Positions 1 through 11,700 of a stretch of DNA of 64,000 nt are shown piece by piece; position 1 is the stretch's first letter, and every line of letters begins with the position of its first letter. The stretch comes from Hemiscyllium ocellatum (lineage: Eukaryota). The DNA is taken from the NCBI RefSeq assembly GCF_020745735.1, contig NC_083417.1, positions 75,764,001-75,828,000 on the forward strand, in the 5' to 3' direction. A program made the position numbers and the translations under genes. The notes below the pieces were generated by a model, which saw only the letters and a program-made list of their open reading frames with translations, did not search any database and was not told the DNA's origin.

Positions 1-375
1 GACTTCTGCCTCGCGCTAATGGTTATACTGAACTAGTTTAGCTCAGAACAAAGTGAATTACTCCCGTGCATTGCTACAGTGAAATAATGCAGGATATGAA
101 GATCGATGAACACACATGCAGGACGACTGGCATTTTTTCTAATGAATTATGCGACCGCTAACAATTTTCCCACAACTATTCCTCAAAAGGGGGTTGTTCA
201 ATTTACAAAATGCAATGTAATTCTTTGCAAGAGATGATTTTTAAAAAATCACTAGCTCCAGAATGTTGGCACATCATCATGACTTCATAACCATTAGCAG
301 TTCATTAAGAAAAACGTGTTCACATTAGAGATAAGTCGATTTGAAATTCGAGAAAAAAGGCGATATTGACCCGTA

Positions 376-1080
376 GCTGAAAATATGTTGCTGGAAAAGC
401 ACATCAGGTCAGGCAGCACCAAAGAAGCAGGAGGAATCCTGAAAAGGGGCTCATGCCCGAAACGTCGATTCTCCTGCACCTTGGATGCTTCCTGACCTGC
501 TGCGCTTTTCTAGCAGCACATTTTCAGCTCTGATCTCCAGAATCTACAGTCCTCACTTTCTCCGCAAAGATTTTAACCTACTGCGAATCCTCTTGCAAGG
601 ATGCCTTCCTTGAAGAAGCTCTCTTCCTCCCTCTACAAGGATTTCAGTGAGTCCCTCTCTCACTGCACACCCCAGGTCATCTCCTCTACTATTCCTGAAG
701 AAGGGTTCATGCCCAAAACGTCGATTCTCTTGCTCCTTGGATGCTGCCTGAACTGCTGCGCTTTTCCACCATCACATTTTCAGCTCTGATCTCCAGCATC
801 TGCAGTTCTCACTTTCTCCTCGAAGATTTTAAGCTACTGTGAACCCTCTTGCAAGGATGTCTTCCTTGAAGAAGCTCTCTTCCGCCCTCTACAAGGATTT
901 CAGTGAGTCCCTCTCTCACTGCACACCCCAGGTCATCTCCTCGACCATTCCTGAAGAAAGGCTCAAGCCCGAAACATCGCTTCTCCTGATACTTGGATGT
1001 TGTCTGACATGCTGCGCTTTTGCAGCAACACATTTTCAGCTCTGATCTCCAGCATCTGCAGTCCTCACTTTATCCTCGAA
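376..1080 (+). repeat. Head-to-tail array of 256-nt Penelope-like terminal repeat units, each with a hammerhead-like core
   Basis: AAGATTTTAA recurs at 567 and 823; hammerhead-core starts CTGAA at 439, 695 and 951 (period 256); each unit ends ...GCTCTGATCTCCAG-ATCT-CAG-CTCACTTT. Confidence 0.85.
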
Positions 1081-1242
1081 TATATTGACACGTTATATTC
1101 AGAGACACTGGGACATCACTGAAGACGCAAGGTTCTTCAGACCTGGACGCATCACACTCAAGAAAGAAATTGTAATGGTTAAGAACAAAACTTTGATTAA
1201 TTTAGGTAAGGAAAAATGAACTAAAATGTAACTCTCCCATTA

Positions 1243-1577
1243 ATTCAGTGTTCATTATTATCGCCCTTAAACAGATACGCAGCGGAAATCAGCCTTAAAC
1301 AGAATTGAGCAAGAGCATTGTTTGTGAATTAATAAACGCTTCCAAAAAATGGCAGGCATCCTAATTTGCGATTGAATATGAACAATTGGTCAACAGTTCT
1401 TTGTGAAGTATTCAGTGTTCATTGTTATCGCCTTTAAACAGAAACACAGCGGAAATAAGCCTTAAACAGAATTGAGCAAGAGCATTGTTTGTGAATTAAT
1501 AAACACTTACAAAAAATGAGAGGCATCCTAACTCGCGATTGAATATGAACAATTGGTTAACAGTTGTTTGTGAATTA
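1243..1577. repeat. Two-copy tandem repeat, about 167 bp unit
   Basis: ATTCAGTGTTCATT at 1243 and 1410, followed by near-identical GCCTTAAACAGAATTGAGCAAGAGCATTGTTTGTGAATTAATAAAC blocks. Confidence 0.85.
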
Positions 1578-1665
1578 ACAGGAAAAGAACATCACTGAAG
1601 ACACACTCGAGAAAGAAATGAAATCAATGCACATCACTAACATACTGCCTGTAAGATTAGCAACA

Positions 1666-1839
1666 TTATGAGATGCTGGTTTCTCCGAAGACGGCCTCAG
1701 TTGCTCCGGTTGGTGCTGTTACTTTTAGCTCGGCAGAGTCTGGAATCTTGGCGTTTATGTTCAGTTTTCTGACTTTGCTGGTGCCGTTCAATTCGAGACT
1801 GGCGGACGTTAATTCATCGTCTGCGTCCGATTGTTCCAT
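1666..1839 (-). CDS. Putative terminal cytoplasmic exon of Ig-superfamily receptor 1 (ITIM-like motifs lacking Tyr)
   Basis: Acceptor ttcatAG, phase 0; MEQSDADDELTSASLELNGTSKVRKLNINAKIPDSAELKVTAPTGATEAVFGETSIS*; LT(S)ASL and D(S)AEL are 23 aa apart, as in the ITIM pairs at 41448 and 42343. Confidence 0.55.
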   Translation of the reverse strand: MEQSDADDELTSASLELNGTSKVRKLNINAKIPDSAELKVTAPTGATEAVFGETSIS

Positions 1840-2044
1840 CTATGAAGTTCAGGGACTATTTTTAAAAAGAAAAACATACCTAAATTAAAATGCCACTTAC
1901 GAGCACGGGGAACCAAGAACATTTGCCCCTCAAGCCTGTTCCACTATTGAATTAATGATTGGTGTGCGCTGTATCTGCCTGCGCTCTGCAGTGCCATATT
2001 TGCTCCTTTTTTAACCAGAAAAAAACATGAATTAACTTCAGTTA

Positions 2045-2180
2045 CTGCATTCTGAGGAAGGGTCACTCGACCCGATAAGTTAACTCTGATTTCTCTCCAC
2101 CCATGCTGCCTGATATGCTGAACCTTTCTAGCAATTTCTGGTTTAATTTCTGATTTACAGCATTCACGGTTCTCACGGTT
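2045..2180 (+). mobile_element. Penelope-like terminal repeat fragment with mutated hammerhead core
   Basis: CTGAGGA-A-GGGTC-ACTC-GACCC-GATA (GAAA mutated) at 2052-2077, followed by the GCTGCCTGA...CTTTCTAGCAATTTCTG tail shared with other PLE termini here. Confidence 0.6.
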
Positions 2181-2497
2181 TTTATTTAGTTGTTGCATTC
2201 TGCGTTCTCTCAGTCAGACATGACGTTACGAATTCTACTCGGACTTGCTTACTGTAATGAAAGCTTGGTCTTGGTAGAACTCCGGATAGCACTAAACACA
2301 TTCGATCCCTTTTGTAAAAAAAGTGCTGGAGATTTTGAAGTAAACGTCACAAACCATGGTGACTACTACGAATAAGCTGAAAATTATTAATTGCCTCACT
2401 CTTTTTGAATGGTGACATTAGGCTAACTGGTCTCAAATTAGCTAACTTTACGCATTGTATGTTTTACACCAAGCATTGACCTGATTTACCTGACTTT

Positions 2498-3608
2498 ATG
2501 CGGAAAGTCAGGAGGCATGGGATAGAGGGAAACTTGGCCAATTGGATTGAAAACTGGCTAACTGGTCGAAGTCAAAGAGTGGTGGTAGATGGTAAATATT
2601 CAGCCTGGAGCCCAGTTACAAGTGGAGTTCCGCAGGGATCAGGTCTGGGTCCTCTACTGTTTGTAATTTTTATTAATGACTTGGATGAGGGAGTCGAAGG
2701 GTGGGTCAGTAAATTTGCAGATGATACGAAGATTGGTGGAGTTGTGGACAGTGAGGTGGGCTGTTGTCGGCTGCAAAGGGACTTGGATATGATGCAGAGC
2801 TGGGCTGAGGAATGGCAGATGGAGTTCAACCCTACCAAGTGTGAGGTTGTCCATTTTGGAAGAACAAATAAGAATGCAGAATACAGGGTCAACGGTAGAG
2901 TTCTTAGTCAGGTGGAGGAACAGAGTGATCTTGGGGTCTATGTACATAGATCTTTGAAAGTTGCCACTCAGGTGGATAGAGCTTGTAAGAAGGCCTATGG
3001 TGTATTAGCGTTCATTAGCAGAGGGATTGAATTCAAGAGTCGTGAAGTGATGTTGCAGCTGTACAGGACTTTGGTTAGGCCACATTTGGAGTACTGTGTG
3101 CAGTTCTGGTCGCCTCACTTTAGGAAAGATGTGGAAGCTTTGGAGAGGGTGCAGAGAAGATTTACCAGGATGTTGCCTGGAATGGTGAATAGGTCGTACG
3201 AGGACAGGTTAAAAGTTCTCGGCCTTTTCTTGTTGGAACGGCGAAGGATGAGGGGTGACTTGATAGAGGTTTATAAGATGATCAGAGGAATAGATAGAGT
3301 AGACAGTCAGAAATTTTTCCCCCAGGTACAACAGAGTATTACAAGGGGACATAAATTTAAGGTGAAGGGTGGAAGGTATAGGGGAGATGTCAGGGGTGGG
3401 TTCTTTACCCAGAGAGTGGTGGGGGCATGGAATGCGCTGCCCGTGGGAGTGGTAGAGTCAGAATCATTGCCGACCTTTAAGCGGCAATTGGATAGGTACA
3501 TGGATGGGTGCTTAATCTAGGATAGATGTTCGGCACAACATCGTGGGCCGAAGGGCCTGTTCTGTGCTGTTTTATTCTATGTTCTATGTTCTATGTTCTA
3601 TGTTCTAT
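2498..3608 (+). mobile_element. 5'-truncated CR1 (HER1-like) LINE, RT C-terminal half, with (TTCTATG)n tail
   Basis: 340-aa ORF with GVPQGSGLGPLLF, KFADDTK and YRTLVRPHLEYCVQFWSP; 3' UTR GGGCCGAAGGGCCTGT shared with the SINEs; (TTCTATG)n at about 3576-3608. Confidence 0.95.
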
Positions 3609-3659
3609 GAAAGTTAGTCGGAGATATATCACTTCGTAATGCTTTCCTGCACACTTTAC

Positions 3660-3745
3660 CATAAACCTCTTTTCAGCATCTGTATGACATGTAGATGTTT
3701 GGAAGCCCTTCATATTTAAAGCTGCATAAAGCACCCAGTCATCAT
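3660..3745 (-). CDS. Putative ITIM-bearing cytoplasmic exon of Ig-superfamily receptor 1
   Basis: ttttcagttcatAG acceptor (phase 1) and GTAAAG donor (phase 0); DDDWVLYAALNMKGFQTSTCHTDAEKRFM; VLYAAL (3717-3734) fits the ITIM consensus; phases match both flanking exons. Confidence 0.6.
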
Positions 3746-4939
3746 CTATGAACTGAAAAATATCTGGCCTTTTCATTGTCGAATTTGTATATAAGCGGAA
3801 TGAGAAATTGCAGATGAAGACTTTTTGATGGATTAACTGAAAACATATTGCAACTTGTCAGAGATGAGAAAGTTTATTACAGACTCCAGTAATAATGTAT
3901 TCTTGCAAGTGCTTTTCAGATTGACTGACATTCAGGGTTCAATAAAATAAATGAGATGTGACTTTTGGACTGCATTGATCCATTAAGCCGTGGCTATTCC
4001 TTTCATGAGATCACAGCCAATGTAATTTCGAGCAGGAAAATCTTGCCCATTGAGGCTGAACGCATGTTTATAAATCCAAAGTTCATTCATATTCACAAAA
4101 CCGATAGCAGGATCAGCCAGGCAACAGTCTAACGATATCTCTGAAGTCTGACATGTATATACTCATCTCTCCAGGGCAGACGTTTTAAAAATAGAAACGA
4201 AATCACATTGTTTCTTCAAAATGCCTGCAATTCCCTTGCGCCAGCAAGGATGTGATTATTCAGGGACTAATATATAAAAGTGAAATATGTAAGTAAAGTG
4301 GAGTTGAAATGGAATGATTTAATTCTAAAACTTCAGTGTTGACTTTTTTAAACCACTGCAGTATGCACTAAAGTGAATGACACCAAATTATAATCTCTTC
4401 ACTGTTCACGGAATTTTCCGCACTTCTCCGCACTCTTAGAAATGAACGGTATTATTATTCCTCCACGTATGTTATATTAAGTCTTTTTTTTAATATCTAG
4501 CATAAAGTTCGTAATTGTGTTGATTAGAATTGCAGATGCTGCAATCCTAAAAATATAAAACATCACCCACAGAGTCCAACGCTGCATTAACTTTCTCCAG
4601 TATGACTACACATTTAATGCTCTCACAAATAGTTTCCAAAGCACAATGCCAGTTTCAGGTCAACGAGCCCCTTCGGAAGAAAATAACTTCTAACTCAAGT
4701 TTGGGGTCCAGAATTCTTGATAATTACGTTGAATAAACTGCAAAAGCTATTGGAGTTTAAACAGAATATAGCAAATCAAACATACAGTCCAATACAATAA
4801 TGCTTTGAAGCAAAAAGAAGGAAAAGTTCAGAAGAACCTTTATGCTATATCTGTGTTACGTTTTGCTCAATTATTCCACTTCTTCATTACAACGGGACTT
4901 CCACTCTGTAACTAACTGAACCCCTGACTTTTATTTTAC

Positions 4940-5056
4940 CTTTGCGCTTCTTTTGCTGACAGTGGTTCCCAGTGATTACGATCAGCAACAGGAACATCAC
5001 CGCTCCCCCCATACACCCGTACACATGGGACTGGCTGAACACACTCTCCTTACCAG
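4940..5056 (-). CDS. Transmembrane exon of Ig-superfamily receptor 1
   Basis: ttaaccAG acceptor and GTAAAA donor, phase 1-1, 117 nt; AGKESVFSQSHVYGCMGGAVMFLLLIVITGNHCQQKKRK(G): hydrophobic helix plus basic stop-transfer. Confidence 0.7.
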
Positions 5057-5539
5057 CTGGTTAACAGATAATGATGACAAACTCTGTATAAGTGTGGTGT
5101 GCTAACTCAGGTATTTAATGTCTAAAATGGTGTTGTAAAACAATAATACAATGACCTGAGTTTTCAGAAGGCAGAGGCTGAATGAATGTTACTCGGACAA
5201 TAACGGCAAACCTCATATCGGGGAAAAACAGCAGTAAAGGGAAACAAAACGTCGAGTTCAAGACTTTCAGAAAGAACAAACGTTTAAACAAATAACTAAA
5301 GAAAAGTAAAATCAGCGAGAGGTGATTACTGAGACACAGTCCGAGGAAAACACGTGTCGCACTAAATATTTCATAACAGGTGTCTTCAATAAGAGGTGGG
5401 AAAACCGAAAAACAGTGCAATGACATGGCTAATAAAGCTTTATGTAAGCACAGCAATGAAATACGTACTAGCTCAGAAAATGAGAATATATATGCAGTGT
5501 TATTCAGGCGAGGAGTTTGGCAGAATTTTTAACCTGGGA

Positions 5540-5640
5540 AAAAGTGAGGACTGCAGATGCTGGAAAAAAACATAGCATGTCAGGCAGCATCCGAGGAGCA
5601 GGAGAATCGATCTTTCGAGCATAAGCCTTTCATCAGAATT
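5540..5640 (-). mobile_element. Penelope-like terminal repeat fragment (family A)
   Basis: AAAGTGAGGACTGCAGATGCTGGA...GGAGAATCGATCTTTCGAGCATAAGCCTTTCATCAG, the reverse complement of a degenerate hammerhead. Confidence 0.7.
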
Positions 5641-6434
5641 TTATGCTACTTGAGGTATAACTACAACAGGAGTACATAACAGGTAATTTTAAAAGAGCAT
5701 AATACATAAAACGTAATCATATTGCGGGGAAGAGAAGGGATGAGGACATTTATTTCAACAAATACTTGACAAAATAAATCTCCAAAAGCTAATTGGCAGG
5801 CAGAAATCAATGAATCAATTTGAAAAAGCAATCCACAATAGTATATGAATGGAACGTCTTGGAAATAGTCAATTTCAGATTGAGCACTGTGTAATAAAAT
5901 AAAATTAAGTAGTTTTTTTCAAACAATTCGAGGGAAATGAGTAATTAACAAGGATAACATTAAATTCATTAAATTCGGAAGCATTGTATGTAAGTGCAAA
6001 ATGCGGCTGTGAAATTGGAAGAAATCTGCTGGCTGAAGTTGAACGAGTGGTTTGGCCCAAGTAGATTTGAAAAAGGATTCAATAACGCGAAGCTAGAGAA
6101 TCAATAGCAATCATTAAATTCAACAATTCCAATTCATTATCAAAAATACAGTTGCTGAAACTTGATTAAACTATAGCCAAGGGCATGTGTTTAAATGAAG
6201 AAACTGACAGTGTTGTCAATAAGGAGCAATATGTTCCAGAGCTGCGATTGTTTAAAAAACAGTAAATGGGTAAGGAATAAATTGACCTGGAGAGTAAAAT
6301 GAAGTCATCAGGAAAATGAAAAACAAATCAGATTTCAACAGCAGTTCCAAGATAAGTGAAAGTAAAAATGATCACTTAAGTCTGGAACTAGAATGCATTG
6401 CAATGGAGAGTGAAAAAATTGCAGATGAATTAAC

Positions 6435-6696
6435 CGTCTGTAAACATGCTTTGGGCCAGACGGAATGAAAACTATGGGTTCTCGTCGGCTGACAAGTTAG
6501 CTGGCAAAACACTTGCTCAACCATATATTTAAGGAAGACACGATCATAAACACCAATAGGGCCCTCAACTGGTCAGTGGAAAGCTTCCACTGGCGAAAGT
6601 CCTCCACAGCTGCCAGTCAATCTCAGGTTCTCAGCTTGCACTGCTTCAAAGTGCTCTGCTGGTTGTTCAAAGTTCGGCACTGACCCGAAGCCCAGT
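6435..6696 (-). pseudogene. Possible heavily decayed Ig C1-set exon of receptor 1
   Basis: Pyrimidine tract plus ctatAG; VPNFEQPAEHFEAVQAENLRLT(G)SCGGLSPVEAFH* resembles L.C...GF.P....W with C>G and W>stop; a shifted frame gives FMIVSSLNI...FAS*LVSR. Confidence 0.35.
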
Positions 6697-6821
6697 CTAT
6701 AGACGTACACATATAAAAAAGAATGATAGATTTTGGAAACCAGAAACAGCAACATAAATAGCTGGAGAAACTCAGTAGGTCTGGCAGGAGGTATGGAGTG
6801 AAAGCAAAGTCAACCTTGCAA

Positions 6822-8745
6822 GAAGCGTGTCCAGCTGCAGCTTTTGTTTGACCGCATGATGGCTCTGCAGCTGCGGACTCACTGTGGAGCAACCACGATG
6901 CTGAGGACGTCGTGAATGGCACGTTTAGAGAATTGGTCACACCACAGGTTAGAATTGCTGAGGGAAACAGTGAATGGGTGACCAAAAGAACGAAGAAGAG
7001 TAGGAAGGCAATGCAGGTGTCCCCTGCAGTAATCTCCCTCCAAAACAGTTATGCAATTTTGGGTACTGTTCGGGGCGATGGCTCACCAGGGGAGGGAAGC
7101 AGTTGCCAGGATCATGGCACAGTGACGGGCACTGCTGTCAGAAGGGCGGGTAAAAAGACTCATAGGACCATAATCATAGAGGATTCTATTGTAAGGGAGT
7201 AGATAGGTGATTCTGTGGCCGAAATGCATCCACTTTTATGCAAGGAGTATAGTGAATAAGGCAGATGAACGTAGGGCTTGGAGTGTGCCTCGATGTTGTT
7301 GCAATCACAGAGACTTGGTTGAAGGAAGAGTATGATGATTGGCAACTAAATGCTCCAGGATATAGACACTTCAAACAGAACAGTGAGGGAAGTAAGAGGG
7401 CGTGGTGGAGTTTCATTGCTGGTCAGGGGTGATATCACGGCTGTGCTAAAGGAGAACACCATGGAGGTCTTGGGTAGTGAGGCATTATGGGTGGAGCTGA
7501 GAAATTAGAAAGGTGCAGTTACATTGTTGGGGCTGTATTGCGGGCCTCCCAGCAGTGAGCGTGAGATAGAAGAACAAAAAGATTAAACAGATGATGGAAA
7601 GATGTAAAGGCATAAAGGTAGTGATAATCGGAAATTCTAATTTTCCCAACATGGATTGGGATACACTTAGCGTCAGAGATCTGGATGGGGTAAAATGTAT
7701 AAGAAGTGTCCAGGAGAGTTTTCTAGAACAATGTGTCAATAGTCCGAAGAGGGGAGGGGCCATATTGAACCTGGTACTGGGGAATGAACCAGGAGAGGTT
7801 GCAGAAGTTGCGGTGGGGCATTGCTTTGGGAACAGTGACTACAATTCCTTAATTTTTAGAATACTCGTATATAAAGACGAGAGTGGTCTGAAAGGAAGAA
7901 TACCAAACTGGGTCAAGGACAGTTATATCAAAAGTAGGCAGGAGCTGGGAAATGTGGATTAGACACAGCTATTTGAAGGGAACTCCACATTTGATATGGG
8001 GGATACTTTCAAAGATAGGTTAAAGATAGTGCAGGATATGCATGTCCTGTTGAAGGCAAAAGACAAGAAGGGCAAGATTCGTGAACCGTGGATGACAGCA
8101 GAAATTGTATGACGAGCCAAGAGGAAAAGGGAAGCGTACATAAGGTCTCAGCAGCTAAGAATCGGGCCTTGGAGGAATATCGGAAGATTAGGATAAGGTT
8201 TAAATGAGGAATGAAGTGGGAGAAAAGAGGTCATGAAACAGCTTCAACAAACAGAATTATGGAGAATCCCAAAGCATTTCATTCTTATATAAGAAACAAG
8301 TGGGTGACTCGAGAATGGATTGGTCCACTAAAGTATAATGAAGGAAGAATGTGTGTCAAGCCTGAGACAATGGGTGAGATTCTCAGCAATTACTTTGCAT
8401 CAGTGTTCACTGAGGCGAGGGACATGATGAATTTTGAGATTAGAGATAGAAGATTGATTAGTCTGGATCGTGTTGACATAAGTAAGGCGGACAAACCCCC
8501 AGGACAAGATGGTATCTATCCCAGGTTGCTGAGGGAGGCGCGAGAGGAAATAGCTGGGGCCTTGACAGATATCTTTGTGGCATCCTAAATTACAGGTGGA
8601 GTAGCAGAAAGCATAAGGGATTGTCAAATAATACAGGAGGATATAGGTAGACTGGAGAGTTGGGCAGAAAAGTGGCAGATGGTTTTCAATCCTGAGAAAT
8701 GTGAGGTGATCCATTTAGCCAAGTCGAATTCTAGACCGAATTATG
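6822..8745 (+). mobile_element. Decayed CR1 LINE (ORF1 remnant, APE endonuclease, start of RT)
   Basis: ORF1-like ISLQNSYAIL and IIEDSIVR; APE motifs VVIIGNSNFPNMDW and ILNLVLGNEP; PGQDGIYPRLLREAREEIAGAL; many stops and frameshifts. Confidence 0.9.
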
Positions 8746-8759
8746 TAAAAAACAAAAGC

Positions 8760-11700
8760 ACTTGGAAGCTTCCAGAATCTTCAGGAAAGATCCCCAAGCC
8801 ATGACATATAAGGGTTCTAGGATTATGCAATTTCAGGACATTTCCCCAGCTTTGGTACGCAAGAGGAGAGCATTTGATGAAACGAAGGAGCATCTAAGGG
8901 ACTTAAACGTCCAGTATTCCTTGCGCTACCCAGTGACGCTGCGTTTTAACCATGTAGGTTCCGTGTATAACTTCGGATCGCCGGAGAAGCCAAGGAATCT
9001 TTGGGCTGTCTTATATAGATTGTAAGAATTAATCCGTGAGGGTAATGATGCTGTTCTGCATCGCCCCTCCCCCGTCTATCCTTCTGATTTTTCCTTTAAA
9101 TGTTTACTATCATTTCCCGGGGGGTAGTATTGAGTGGGGTATATTTGTTCTTCGTTGATTCAGGCGAGGTGGGGGGATGAGATGGGGGAGGTTGTTTGCT
9201 TCGTCCTATCCCATTTCTTTGAGAGGGATTTTACACATTTTTGTGTTATTATACTTATTTATTATCTACTGAGAATGTAACTTCAGTTTTATATGTTTAT
9301 ACATGGTATCATATTTACTAAATGTATCTGGATTTGGTATGCCTGGTGGGGTCGAGTACTCACTGTTAACTTTAGCTTTATAGTACACTTGATTTTTTTT
9401 TTCTATTTTATAATGGGGTGCTATGTCGAGAGTGGGTCGCTGGTTGGGAGAGGGTACGATGGGTTTTCAGACAGGAAGTGATGCCCCCAGGAAGCAAGGG
9501 GGGAAATCTCCTTTTAAATATGTTTTATTTTTTTAATTAGAAATAGTTTTTTACTATATCGGCGTGAGTCTATTAAAGAATCCCTCTGTTTGTGAATTTT
9601 CTATGGTCTCCACTCGGGGTTCTTTGGATGGTGTCCTTCCTCCCGGGGGTGGAGGGCGGAGGGGTGTCTCGGACTTGCCTGGACGATTATGGTTAGTCAT
9701 TCAATTAAGTGGTGCACCTGGAATGTCAAGGGGAGTACTTCGCAAATCAAAAGGAAGAAAATACTATCAAAACTTAAAAAAAAGAAAGGGTTGGTCGAGC
9801 TCTCTTACAGGAGACACATTTACTGGATAAAGAAATCTTAAAATTACAACAGGGTGGATATGATCAGGCCTTCTTTTCATCTTTCAGTTCAAAAAGTAGG
9901 GGAGTAGTCATTCTCTTCAAAATAATTTCCCTGTCAGGATCTTAAGTCACATACATACTGATTAAACCCCTTATAAATGTAGAGGAATATGGGATTATGA
10001 ATCTTTATTTTCCCCGGCCCATTCTTTCAAATTTATAATGGAAGCATTCTGTAAACTGATGAGTTTTGGGGCTCATTACACAATTATAGAAGGAGATTTT
10101 AATTGCATTATGAATCCGGAGATAGACAGGATACTCAAGAGTATGGCGTGTTTGAATAAAGAGCTAGGATTAATAGATGTGTGCAGCTGCCTCCACCTGC
10201 AAGGCAGAGATTTCTCTTTTTATTCTAATCGACAGAAGTGTCACACTGGAATTGATATGTTTTTTGCCCCTCATACTTTTTGAATTTCATACTATCCTGC
10301 GCAATAGATGATATAATAATGTCTTATCACGCTGTAGTGTGTATAGTAATCAAGACCAGGAACAATGCAACAGTCCCCCGACATTGGCGAATGGATTCTT
10401 TCTTAATGACGGATGGTAAAATCGTAAAATATTTCTCTCAAAATTCAAAACCATTTTGGAAATTAACTCAGGTACGGCTAGTAACCTGCTGATGATGTGG
10501 AAGACCAGTAAGGCTTATGCGCGGGGTCTGGTCATTTCGTACTCGGTGACCCAGAAGGAACAAAAGGGAGAACAACAGCATCTACTTCAGGCCCGGTGAT
10601 AGGCCCTCTGTTGCTAAATTACAAAGGATTACAGCCCTTCGGACAGCCCTGAATACTGTGCTTCCCCAAACGGCAAAGAGGGAAATATTATTTGCAAAGC
10701 AAAGATTATATGAATATGGCGATAAGCCTGCTCGATACCTAGCGGCTCTTGCAAGGGAAAAAAAGGCCCCTCAAGCTATCACGTCCATAAGGGAAAGTGC
10801 TGGTACTCTGACTCATGAAAGGATCAAACAATCTTCAGAAAGTTTTATTCTGATTTGTATAAATCACAGGATTGTGAAGATAGAGCCAAAAAGATGGAAT
10901 CCTTTTTTAAAAGCCTGGCCTTTCTGGACTTAACCTCGAAACAGGTGCCAGTCTTGAATGCTCCACGAACAACCCAGGAAGTACTTGAGTCAATCAGGAA
11001 GCTTCAGAGCAGTCAGGCACCTGGTCCAGATGGATTTCAGGTTGAATTCTACAAAGAGTTTTCAGGAGTATTAGCTTGTCTACTTATGGACATGTACAAC
11101 TACTCATATAGTCAGGGCTGCATCCCGCCTTCGCTGACAGAAGCAAATATCTCTCTCATTCTCAAAAAGAAAAGGACCCAGGAGATTGCGCATCATACAG
11201 AACAATATCATTGCTAAATGTAGATTTTAAAATAATTTCTAAAACATTTGCATTGAGGCTGGAGAGGTTATTACCATATATCATAAAAGAGGACCAGAGA
11301 GCATCAAGTGCCGGCGAATGTGATTCAACTCTGTCATCAGGAAACAATACTGGGAATTGCAGTCTCGTTGGATGTAGAGAAGGCATTTGACAATGTTGAA
11401 TGATCATACCTGTTCTATACACTGGAAAGATTTGGCGTTGGAAAGACATTTGCTAAATGTGTCTCAATATTGTATAATGATCCCACAGCAGCCATGATCA
11501 CCAATGATTTAGGCTCGGATAGCGTCAGTGAGGATAGGGCCTGCCATCAGGGATGTCCTCTCTCACCGTTACTATTTATGCTAATAATTGAGCCACTTGC
11601 AGAAGTTTCTACTGTAATGGCCCTGAGGGTTAGCATGGTTAAAGATAAAATTACCCTTTATGCAGATGATGTTCTCCTTTCTCTTTGTAATCCTTTGATG

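Noticed and set aside
376-1577. Regularly spaced repeats as a CRISPR-like array
   Set aside because: Units repeat in full with no unique spacers; eukaryotic Penelope-derived and minisatellite repeats
5115-5456. Hydrophobic 113-aa minus-strand ORF as a second TM exon
   Set aside because: No convincing donor; polar residues in the helix; hydrophobicity explained by T-rich composition
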